Position numbers and translations under genes: made by a program
Notes under the pieces: model-generated
The model's input: the letters and a program-made list of their open reading frames with translations, nothing else
Databases searched by the model: none
Told to the model about the DNA's origin: nothing
In this document: piece by piece, positions 56,689 to 64,000 of the stretch
How the letters are laid out: every line of letters begins with the position of its first letter
How positions within the stretch are numbered: the first letter of the stretch is position 1
Assembly (NCBI GenBank): GCA_047284725.1
Contig: JBJBEO010000001.1
Coordinates: 2,392,203 to 2,456,202, forward strand
Direction: 5' to 3'
Length of the DNA stretch: 64,000 bases
Source: Synechococcus sp.
GTDB lineage: Bacteria; Cyanobacteriota; Cyanobacteriia; PCC-6307; Cyanobiaceae

Positions 56689-56768
56689 GGCCGATAATTA
56701 GCGAAGGCAGTGCGCCGATAACAACACATTTGGGATCAGACTGAAAGCCTTCTCAGATCGGGACTTCC

Positions 56769-57284
56769 ATGCCCCCCCTGGCAACGCTTCTGATCTATGT
56801 GCTGGCAGGATCAACGACTGGGCTTCTGGCCTTGCGCACGGGCATCCCTGCTGCCCCCCTGGCTGGAGCACTGCTTGGAGCAGGCATCGTGAGCATGAGC
56901 GGTCGCGTCGAGATCGCCCAGTGGCCCGAAGGCACGCGCACAGCCCTGGAAATTGGCATTGGTGTGGTGATCGGCACCAGCCTGACCCGTAGCTCCCTGG
57001 AGCAATTGCAACAGTTGTGGCGGCCTGCCATCTTGATCACCCTCACTCTGGTGATGACGGGAATCGCCATTGGACTCTGGAGCAGCCGTCTTTTAGGCAT
57101 CGATCCTGTTGTTGCCCTGCTTGGTGCTGCCCCAGGCGGCATCAGTGGCATGAGCCTGGTCGGCAGTGATTTCGGTGTTGGAGCAGCCGTAGCAGCCCTG
57201 CATGCCGTACGCCTGATCACGGTGCTGCTGGTGCTTCCCCTCGTGGTGAAACTTCTCGCACCCCTCGGGCTCGGGGATTCGTGA
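56769..57284 (+). CDS. AbrB-family membrane protein
   Basis: GIPAAPLAGAL, ALLGAAPGGISGM, AALHAVRL; 5 TMs. Confidence 0.82.
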   Translation: MPPLATLLIYVLAGSTTGLLALRTGIPAAPLAGALLGAGIVSMSGRVEIAQWPEGTRTALEIGIGVVIGTSLTRSSLEQLQQLWRPAILITLTLVMTGIAIGLWSSRLLGIDPVVALLGAAPGGISGMSLVGSDFGVGAAVAALHAVRLITVLLVLPLVVKLLAPLGLGDS

Positions 57285-57358
57285 TTTTGCGGCTTACCGC
57301 CTCTGGACATCAACAGGTGAATCGATACGTTGGCGCAGATCGATCCCTTCGTCCAGCC

Positions 57359-57769
57359 ATGGCCAGGAACCGTGTTCTCTCTGTCGTCTACCTGGGCCTG
57401 GCAGGGCTGTCCCTTGGCAGCCTGCAGCCTGCCGTTGCCCACGCTGACTCCACCCCCAATAAAGGGGCACAGGTCTACTGCTTCATGCGCACCAACGGCA
57501 ACGACCATGCCGTGAGCTGGGAAGCGTCTTACGCCCTGATCAAACGCCAGAAAAGTGGAGTCTTCAAAACCTCCCCAGAACATGCTGCGGTGATGATCAC
57601 TGAAGCGGTCGTGAATGATCCAGGCACCTATCCCGAATGCGGACGCTACCTCGGTGATCTGTTCAGACCAGGAAAACTGAAGGGATCACTTCCCGAAAAT
57701 CGCCCTGTGGGCAGCTCTACCCAATCCACTTCTTCCACGTCATATGGTGATCAGCGTTACGGCTACTAA
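57359..57769 (+). CDS. Exported hypothetical protein
   Basis: Signal peptide ending AHA, Cys pair (YCFMR, PECG). Confidence 0.72.
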   Translation: MARNRVLSVVYLGLAGLSLGSLQPAVAHADSTPNKGAQVYCFMRTNGNDHAVSWEASYALIKRQKSGVFKTSPEHAAVMITEAVVNDPGTYPECGRYLGDLFRPGKLKGSLPENRPVGSSTQSTSSTSYGDQRYGY

Positions 57770-58160
57770 CCCCAAACACGTCTTCGCGTCTGTGCTGATC
57801 GCAGGAGTGCTGTTGACAGGGGTAAGTTGCCGCAGCCGTTCTGCCCCGACCAGTGCCCTGAGCGAAGCAGAACTGACTCCTCAGGCCTGTCTTGAAGAAC
57901 TGGATCTGAATCAACTGGATCAAGCTCTCCGCCGATGCGATCAAGTGGTGGCTGCCCATCGCGGTGATCCAGTTCCGCTCACGGATCGTTCTCTGCTTCA
58001 CACCCTGATGGGCCAGCTTGAACGGGCTTGTCTCGATGTGGACAAAGCTCTAATCCTTGTGAAACGCCAAGGCAAAACCGCTGACCCGATGGTGAGTCAC
58101 GAACTCAGCGTTCGTCAGACGTCTTGCAAGCAGCGGGCGAGCAGGGCGGGCAAAGGCTGA
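57744..58160 (+). CDS. TPR-like putative lipoprotein
   Basis: Hydrophobic N-terminus with GVSC, helical repeat ACLDVDKAL. Confidence 0.6.
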   Translation: MVISVTATNPKHVFASVLIAGVLLTGVSCRSRSAPTSALSEAELTPQACLEELDLNQLDQALRRCDQVVAAHRGDPVPLTDRSLLHTLMGQLERACLDVDKALILVKRQGKTADPMVSHELSVRQTSCKQRASRAGKG

Positions 58161-59800
58161 CGTTCAAGATTCAAACGTCGCTGACCCAGCAGGACCTCAA
58201 TCTGGCGCGCTTTGCTCGCAACCAGACCATCGACGAGTTGATCGGCCAGACCCAGTTGCAACCAATGACTGGTGAGGCCACCATCCATCCCCAAGCGATG
58301 GCATCGATCCTCTGCCTGATCCACATCCCCGGGAGTCCATGGACGCTCGAGCAACACCACCTGCCGGGCGCGGTGCAAGGTGAAACCGAGCCCACCGGCG
58401 CCATACGTGGCCAGCAATAAATCGCTCTGCCCCGACTGGAAACGATCCACAACAGCCTGACGCTCAGTCGACTTGAGACGACCGGTCAACAGTTCACCGC
58501 CGAGGCGCTGATGCAACAGCTGCAACGGCGCAACGAAACCACTGAAGAGCACCACGGGCTGGGCCCTTTGGCGCAAGTCGTTCAGGAGCTGCACAGCAAA
58601 GGGCAACTTGAACTCCGCACCGATCCTTCGCAGGGCCGTCAGTAAGGCAAACGCCTCAGCATCCGATCGCACGAGACCCTCCCGCACCCTGCGGCGGTAG
58701 TCATCGACCACCTGGGCCACACGGTGGTCAAGGCCACGGGCTTCCGCCTCTTCTAAGGCAATGGGATGAACGCAGCGCTGTTTAGGAGGTAAGGCCAGCA
58801 CCTGCTGCTTGCGGCGATGCAACACCAACGGGCGGGTCAGGCGGCGCAACTCCTCCAACTGCGTGGCACCCTTCGCCTGCCATCGTCTGCGCCCCCCTTC
58901 CTCACGCCAGTGACCTTGACAAAACAACTCCTCGAAAGCCCGTTGGTCACGGGCAATGGGGTGATCAATGGCCGCCAGAAGGGGATAAAGCTGATCAGGG
59001 CGGCCATTTTTCATCGGTGTGCCGGTGAGCAACCAGATCGCCCTCAGGCGGGGATGCCGCGCTAAACGCAAGAGCGACTGCGTGCGCTGGGCAGCCATCG
59101 ACTGTCCGTAATGGGCTTCATCCACCACCAGCAGCGTGCCGGAGGAAGGAAGGTCGTCAGGTAGACGGGCCCAACTCAACAGACTCAAGGGCAAATCAAG
59201 GCTCTCCGCCTCCCGTCGCCAGTGACCGTGCAGTCCGACAGGGGCCACCACCATCAGGCGCAACGGCATGGCGCGCATCAGAGCCCTGGCCGCCAACAGC
59301 GCCGTGAGCGTCTTGCCAAGACCCATTTCATCGGCCAGGAGGGCACCACGACGGGCCAACAGCCACCGCACTCCCGAGCGCTGATGAGGCAAGGGCTGTC
59401 GACCATCAGGCAAGGTCGTCTCAAGATCCGCCAACTGCACCAGATGGCGGTGTTCCGGCAGAGGAGGCAAAGGATGACGATGCCAATCGATCCACCGGGC
59501 CAGATCGGCCTTCACCGGGAAGCGGGATCCAAGTCGCTCCTGCAGCACCTGAGCCGCGGCCAGCGGAAATTCCCACCCCTTGAGCACCCCTCTCCAGGTT
59601 CCACGCGGACGCACCTTGCCGATCTGAGCATGGGTCACTGCATCAAACGGATGCACCACCTGCACCAATCCGGCCGAGGACAGCCCGAGATAGCAACGGG
59701 AGTTTGAGGACGCCGTAGCGTAAAAACCAGCAGGAAAAATTTTAGAGCGCGGAGCAACGCCGACAAGCAAACACAATTCTTCGTGACAGACCAACAGCAT
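58115..59800 (-). CDS. SNF2-family helicase/translocase, SMARCAL1-like
   Basis: LLADEMGLGKT, VVDEAH, LTGTP, AGGLGFTL, ERPWTPG..QAEDRCHRLG; start uncertain (59665-59830). Confidence 0.9.
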   Translation of the reverse strand: MLLVCHEELCLLVGVAPRSKIFPAGFYATASSNSRCYLGLSSAGLVQVVHPFDAVTHAQIGKVRPRGTWRGVLKGWEFPLAAAQVLQERLGSRFPVKADLARWIDWHRHPLPPLPEHRHLVQLADLETTLPDGRQPLPHQRSGVRWLLARRGALLADEMGLGKTLTALLAARALMRAMPLRLMVVAPVGLHGHWRREAESLDLPLSLLSWARLPDDLPSSGTLLVVDEAHYGQSMAAQRTQSLLRLARHPRLRAIWLLTGTPMKNGRPDQLYPLLAAIDHPIARDQRAFEELFCQGHWREEGGRRRWQAKGATQLEELRRLTRPLVLHRRKQQVLALPPKQRCVHPIALEEAEARGLDHRVAQVVDDYRRRVREGLVRSDAEAFALLTALRRIGAEFKLPFAVQLLNDLRQRAQPVVLFSGFVAPLQLLHQRLGGELLTGRLKSTERQAVVDRFQSGQSDLLLATYGAGGLGFTLHRARQVVLLERPWTPGDVDQAEDRCHRLGMDGGLTSHWLQLGLADQLVDGLVASKARQIEVLLGQRRLNLERQPLPALLARCLQDV

Positions 59801-59878
59801 CAAACAGCAAAAATGCAGCGTTCGACACATTGACTACCGGTCAAGTACGGGCACAATGCATTTAACCGAGATACTCGG

Positions 59879-60310
59879 ATGCATAACAGGGATGCGGTTT
59901 TCCTCGATGAACTTTGTCCCAAGTTGCGCGTTCGAAGATGGCGACAATCACTCCATTCCCGCACGGGGAAAAGTTGTATTTATTGTGGAAAACCATCCGA
60001 ATCCATTGATCATCTTCAACCCCAGTGTCGAGGTGGGTTAAGTACTACAGAAAACTGCGTGCCAGCCTGCCTCTCCTGTAACGGAAGCAAATCCGATGCT
60101 GACGTTTTCGATTGGTATCGGCGACAGCGTTTCTATGATCCGCGCCGCGCCATGGCAATTCGCGCCTGGATGGATGGAGACCTCCGCCTGGCGATGCGGC
60201 TACTTCAATGGGTTCAACCCGACCTCAATCCCGAGACAGCCGATCGACAGCATCCATCACCTCTGGAGACAGATCCACACGACACCGACTGGTCATGGCA
60301 AGCAGCCTGA
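59879..60310 (+). CDS. Stand-alone zinc-binding HNH endonuclease
   Basis: CIYCG, ESIDH, RGG, EN, CLSCNGSK. Confidence 0.9.
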   Translation: MHNRDAVFLDELCPKLRVRRWRQSLHSRTGKSCIYCGKPSESIDHLQPQCRGGLSTTENCVPACLSCNGSKSDADVFDWYRRQRFYDPRRAMAIRAWMDGDLRLAMRLLQWVQPDLNPETADRQHPSPLETDPHDTDWSWQAA

Positions 60311-60320
60311 CCCTTCACTC

Positions 60321-60524
60321 TCACCATACGCTGCAAGCAGCCGCTGAATGATGGCGTTCGCAGATCGACGCTTGCTGGCCAGGCTGCTCGGGCGCAAGCA
60401 CGAACGCACCCGTCACAAGAGCAGCCGCCATCAGAGCAGCTGCACATTGAGGGGGGCGCAAGCCCTGACGGCGCGGCACCATGGAGCCGGATGGAGAGAC
60501 CAGGGAAAGAGATGCGTCAGCCAT
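60321..60524 (-). CDS. Small hypothetical membrane protein
   Basis: 67 aa, one TM (AAALMAAALVTGAFVLAP), C-terminal ICERHHSAAACSVW. Confidence 0.6.
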   Translation of the reverse strand: MADASLSLVSPSGSMVPRRQGLRPPQCAAALMAAALVTGAFVLAPEQPGQQASICERHHSAAACSVW

Positions 60525-60539
60525 GGCCAAACAATGAAC

Positions 60540-60555
60540 TAATACACTTGTACTG
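60540..60555. promoter_or_regulatory. Candidate cyanobacterial LexA box
   Basis: TAATACACTTGTACTG; core is one mismatch from AGTACWNWTGTACT; lies between divergent starts. Confidence 0.5.
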
Positions 60556-61515
60556 ATGTCAGGAGCGCTTGTCAACCATGGGCAGTCCTGGCCCGAGCGC
60601 GCCACTCTTCTGGTGCTGGGAAGCGGCTTCAGTGGACAGCGGATTGCCGCCCTGGCCAGCCAGCAAGGGGCCCGGGTCCTGACCACCCGCCGCTTGCCGG
60701 ACAGCGACAGCGACAGCGATCCCAACAGCACAACATCACACCCAGTGCTGCGCTTCGACAGCCAGCTCGGGAGAATTCCCACCCCCGATCAGCTGAACGG
60801 CGTCACCCATGTGGTGAGCACAATTGGGCCGGAACGCAGTGGAGAGGATCCCGTGCTGCGCTGCCTTGGAAATCAACTCAGCGCGATGCAATTGCAATGG
60901 GTGGGCTATCTCTCCACCACAGGGGTCTATGGCGATCGCCGGGGCGGATGGGTCAGCGAAAGAGATGCGCCCAACCCCACCCAGGAACGCAGCAAACGCC
61001 GTTTGGAGTGTGAACAGACCTGGCTCAACAGCGGGCTGCCGGTTCAGATCATCCGACTGCCAGGGATCTATGGCCCGGGACGATCACCCCTACGGGCCAT
61101 CCTGCGGGGGGACGTCAAACCGATCGACAAGCCTGGTCAGGTGTTCTCTCGCGTCCATGTCGACGACATTGCCGGGGCCTGCCTGCATCTGATCGATCGA
61201 GCCTCCAAAGGCCAACATCCCACCGTTGTCAACGTGTGCGACGACCTGCCGGCGCCGGCGGCGGACGTGCAGGCCTATGCCGCCGAACTGCTGGGTCAAC
61301 GTCTGCCACCCCGCCGCGCCTATGCCGACGCCATCGCGTCGATGAGCCCGATGGCCCGCTCGTTCTGGGCTGAAAACCGCCGCGTGAGCAACCGTTTGCT
61401 GTGCCAGACGCTGGGCTATCAGCTTCTCCATCCTGACTTCCGCAGCGGCATGCACGATTGCTGGAAACGGGAAGGTTTCAGCGCCCCTGGGGAGAAGCCT
61501 TCGAGGGAGGCTTGA
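60556..61515 (+). CDS. Atypical SDR / NAD-dependent epimerase
   Basis: LGSGFSG, YLSTTGVYGD, RLPGIYGPGR, SRVHVDD. Confidence 0.9.
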   Translation: MSGALVNHGQSWPERATLLVLGSGFSGQRIAALASQQGARVLTTRRLPDSDSDSDPNSTTSHPVLRFDSQLGRIPTPDQLNGVTHVVSTIGPERSGEDPVLRCLGNQLSAMQLQWVGYLSTTGVYGDRRGGWVSERDAPNPTQERSKRRLECEQTWLNSGLPVQIIRLPGIYGPGRSPLRAILRGDVKPIDKPGQVFSRVHVDDIAGACLHLIDRASKGQHPTVVNVCDDLPAPAADVQAYAAELLGQRLPPRRAYADAIASMSPMARSFWAENRRVSNRLLCQTLGYQLLHPDFRSGMHDCWKREGFSAPGEKPSREA

Positions 61516-61672
61516 GAAAGGGATGTTCGTGAAGACGCATCGGCTGATCCTGATCGCCCACATCGATGCCGGCATCCTGGAGTAAACGCAGCCATTGCAC
61601 CTCAAGCCAGCCGTTACTGAACCCCAATCCCAGCCCAACGGTCAGCACGCCCAGAAGCAACCAACGCAGCAT
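61478..61672 (-). CDS. Small hypothetical membrane protein
   Basis: MLRWLLLGVLTVGLGLGFSNGWLEVQW; fills gap. Confidence 0.55.
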   Translation of the reverse strand: MLRWLLLGVLTVGLGLGFSNGWLEVQWLRLLQDAGIDVGDQDQPMRLHEHPFLKPPSKASPQGR

Positions 61673-62699
61673 GATCATCCCCGCTGAATCCACTGACGTT
61701 AATCAGCGTTTGGTGATTGCCCTCGGCGATCCCGCAGGGATCGGCATGGAAGTCACCCTCAAAGCCCTGGCCGACCCACGCTGCCCGGTCGGACTGGAAC
61801 CGTTGCTGGTGGGCTGCCGGCGCACCCTGGAACAGACCTATCGGCAACTCTTACCGAACAGTGCCGTCCCCCTCGCCGACCCGGCGAGCCTGGCCATTAA
61901 CGACCTGCCTCTCAATGAACCCGTACACCCCGGCAGACCATCAGCCGCCGGCGGTGCTGCCAGCTTCCAATGGCTCACCCGCGCCACCACCTTGGCCCTC
62001 CAAGGCCAGGCCAGGGCCCTGGTCACCGCACCGATTGCAAAACACATCTGGCATGCCGCGGGCCACACCTATCCAGGACAAACGGAACGACTGGCCGAAC
62101 TGGGAGGCGGTCGCCAGGCCTCGATGCTGTTCACTGCCCTTTCACCCCACACCGGATGGCGGTTGAACACACTGCTCGCCACAACCCACATCCCCTTGGC
62201 AGCGGTGCCCAAGACCCTCACACCAGAAACTATCCACAGCAAACTGAACACCCTGGCGCAGTTCTGCCGGCGTTTCCGCCAGCAACCGCGCCTGCATGTG
62301 GCCGGTCTGAATCCCCATGCAGGAGAAAATGGCCAACTGGGCCAAGAAGAATGCAGCTGGATCGAAGCAGCCCTGGAGGAGTGGTCGATTGCCAATCCCG
62401 ATGTTGTCCTCACCGGTCCACTACCACCAGACACCTGCTGGTTGACCGCTGCCCAAGCCTGGAACGAAGGCGCAACCAACACCAGCCCTGATGGTTTTCT
62501 GGCGCTTTATCACGACCAGGGACTGATTCCAGTGAAACTGCTGGCTTTTGATCAGGCCGTGAACACCACTCTTGGACTGCCTTTTCTACGCACATCCCCG
62601 GACCACGGCACAGGATTTGACATCGCCGGTCAAGCCATCGCCCGACCGGCAAGCATGGTGGCTGCCATCAGGGCCGCCTGGGAGCTCAGCCGGGTTTAA
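61671..62699 (+). CDS. pdxA: 4-hydroxythreonine-4-phosphate dehydrogenase
   Basis: GDPAGIGME, VTAPIAK, GLNPHAGE, YHDQG, RTSPDHGT; start uncertain. Confidence 0.96.
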   Translation: MIIPAESTDVNQRLVIALGDPAGIGMEVTLKALADPRCPVGLEPLLVGCRRTLEQTYRQLLPNSAVPLADPASLAINDLPLNEPVHPGRPSAAGGAASFQWLTRATTLALQGQARALVTAPIAKHIWHAAGHTYPGQTERLAELGGGRQASMLFTALSPHTGWRLNTLLATTHIPLAAVPKTLTPETIHSKLNTLAQFCRRFRQQPRLHVAGLNPHAGENGQLGQEECSWIEAALEEWSIANPDVVLTGPLPPDTCWLTAAQAWNEGATNTSPDGFLALYHDQGLIPVKLLAFDQAVNTTLGLPFLRTSPDHGTGFDIAGQAIARPASMVAAIRAAWELSRV

Positions 62700-63171
62700 C
62701 TCGCATCAGCACTTGGCCAAATTCCACCGGGGTGCCGTTGTCCACGAGGATTTCGACCACTTCGCCAGCGGCTTCAGCCTCGAGTTCGTTCATCAGCTTC
62801 ATGGCTTCGAGAATGCACACCGTCTGGCCGACGCCAATCCGGGTTCCCACCTCAACAAAGGGCGCCTCACCAGGGGCAGGAGCCCGATAGAAGGTGCCCA
62901 CCATCGGAGCGGTGACATCGACCAGATCCGAACGAGAAGCGGGAACAGCCGGAGGCGGAGTGCTGGGGGCAGCCGCCTGGTGAGACACCTCTAGCGCTGC
63001 CGGAGCGGGTGCCACAGCCGCCACAGGCGCCGCAGCAACGGCTACAGCGGGCAGATTCCGTCTGACTTCAAGTCGGAAATCGTCCCCTTCGAGCCGGAAT
63101 TCCTGAATATCGCTGTCGGAAAGCACCTCCAACAGCCGATGGAGTTGATCGTGATCAAGCTGCATGGTCAT
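62686..63171 (-). CDS. accB: Biotin carboxyl carrier protein
   Basis: [15 protein letters not shown] biotinyl motif. Confidence 0.98.
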   Translation of the reverse strand: MTMQLDHDQLHRLLEVLSDSDIQEFRLEGDDFRLEVRRNLPAVAVAAAPVAAVAPAPAALEVSHQAAAPSTPPPAVPASRSDLVDVTAPMVGTFYRAPAPGEAPFVEVGTRIGVGQTVCILEAMKLMNELEAEAAGEVVEILVDNGTPVEFGQVLMRVKPG

Positions 63172-63731
63172 CCGTTCTCCCGGCCCAGATAGGAATCATT
63201 GCGGGTGTCCACCTTGATTTTCTCTCCAATGGAGAGAAACAGAGGAACCATCACCTGGGCACCGGTCTCCAGGATGGCGGGCTTCGTGCCGCCTGTGGCG
63301 GTATCGCCCTTGACACCCGGGTCGGTCTGGGTGATCTCAAGCACCACCGAATTGGGCAATTCCACTTCCAACGGCCTTTCATTCCAAGACACGACACTCA
63401 CCTCCATCCCTTCCTTGAGGTATTTGCGACTGTCACCGATCTGCTTCGCGGTCAGCCGGGTTTCCTCATAGGTGGACATATCCATGAAGACGTAGTCCTC
63501 ACCTTCCATGTAGGTGTGCTGAAGCGTCGTCTTCTCGAGGATGGCCTGGGGAACCATCTCGCCAGCGCGGAAGGTCTTCTCCACCACGTTGCCGCTCTGC
63601 ACAGCCTTGAGCTTGGTGCGAACGAACGCGGAGCCCTTACCGGGTTTCACGTGCAGAAATTCGACAACACGCCAGACGGCACCGTCGAGTTCGATGCTGG
63701 TGCCGGTGCGAAAGTCGTTGCTGGAGATCAT
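63168..63731 (-). CDS. efp: Elongation factor P
   Basis: [28 protein letters not shown]. Confidence 0.98.
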   Translation of the reverse strand: MISSNDFRTGTSIELDGAVWRVVEFLHVKPGKGSAFVRTKLKAVQSGNVVEKTFRAGEMVPQAILEKTTLQHTYMEGEDYVFMDMSTYEETRLTAKQIGDSRKYLKEGMEVSVVSWNERPLEVELPNSVVLEITQTDPGVKGDTATGGTKPAILETGAQVMVPLFLSIGEKIKVDTRNDSYLGRENG

Positions 63732-63795
63732 TCCGGCTGGACGGTTCAGGGGATCATAGGGCTGTGCCAAAGTCCAGCCAGCACCTGGCTTCCCC

Positions 63796-64000
63796 ATGGC
63801 CCATCAGCGTCTTGCCGCTCTGCTGGTCGCACTGATCGCATCGCTCGGCTTCCTCGCAGCCAAACCGGCCCACGCCGGCCTGCCCCAGGGCAATGCTGTC
63901 AAGGATCCTGCTGCGATCCTGCGCGATGCGCTCCCCTTTGAACAGGAGGATTTGCGCGATCTCCAACATCGACTGGAAGGCACCAGTGATGATCTACGGG
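63796..64000 (+). CDS. N-terminal part of lumenal cyclophilin-type PPIase (TLP40/CYP38-like), runs off window
   Basis: Hand translation: [47 protein letters not shown]; signal peptide plus family N-terminal motif. Confidence 0.75.
   Translation, partial: MAHQRLAALLVALIASLGFLAAKPAHAGLPQGNAVKDPAAILRDALPFEQEDLRDLQHRLEGTSDDLR

Noticed and set aside
59820..60310. HNH gene as IscB/HEARO or Cas9-like RNA-guided element
   Set aside because: 143 aa, no RuvC or PLMP motif, no room for an omega-RNA, no repeat array.
60700..60717. (GACAGC)x3 microsatellite in the SDR gene
   Set aside because: In-frame hexamer encoding an Asp-Ser linker; length change would not shift frame.

Overview
A GC-rich, gene-dense 64-kb chromosome segment from a picocyanobacterium, most likely a marine Synechococcus (psbZ, sqdB-sqdX, psb34, ycf23, PlmA-type GntR, cyanobacterial SecA and aspartate kinase). 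It is mostly core housekeeping genes: gyrB, miaA, infC, cysE, secA, ribH, mutS, holA, lysC, uvrB, tilS, rnj, dapA, asd, tig, clpP, clpX, dnaX, rpmI, rplT, thiG, mrdA, guaA, cbiD, pdxA, accB, efp, plus two tRNA-Gly genes. I saw no integrase, transposase, prophage or CRISPR array. Less ordinary parts: (i) a parvulin + cNMP/C39-like ABC transporter + HlyD type I secretion module with no adjacent obvious cargo, between tilS and rnj; (ii) a cluster of small unknown ORFs after tRNA-Gly(CCC), ending in a SMARCAL1/ZRANB3-like SNF2 helicase divergent from a stand-alone HNH nuclease whose start codon lies in a hairpin, with a LexA-like box nearby; (iii) short linear motifs suggesting unusual wiring (RNase J tail resembling the PNPase-binding motif of cyanobacterial RNase E, and an N-terminal clamp-like motif on MutS). 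All calls come from motif recognition by eye; no searches were run and several start codons are uncertain.
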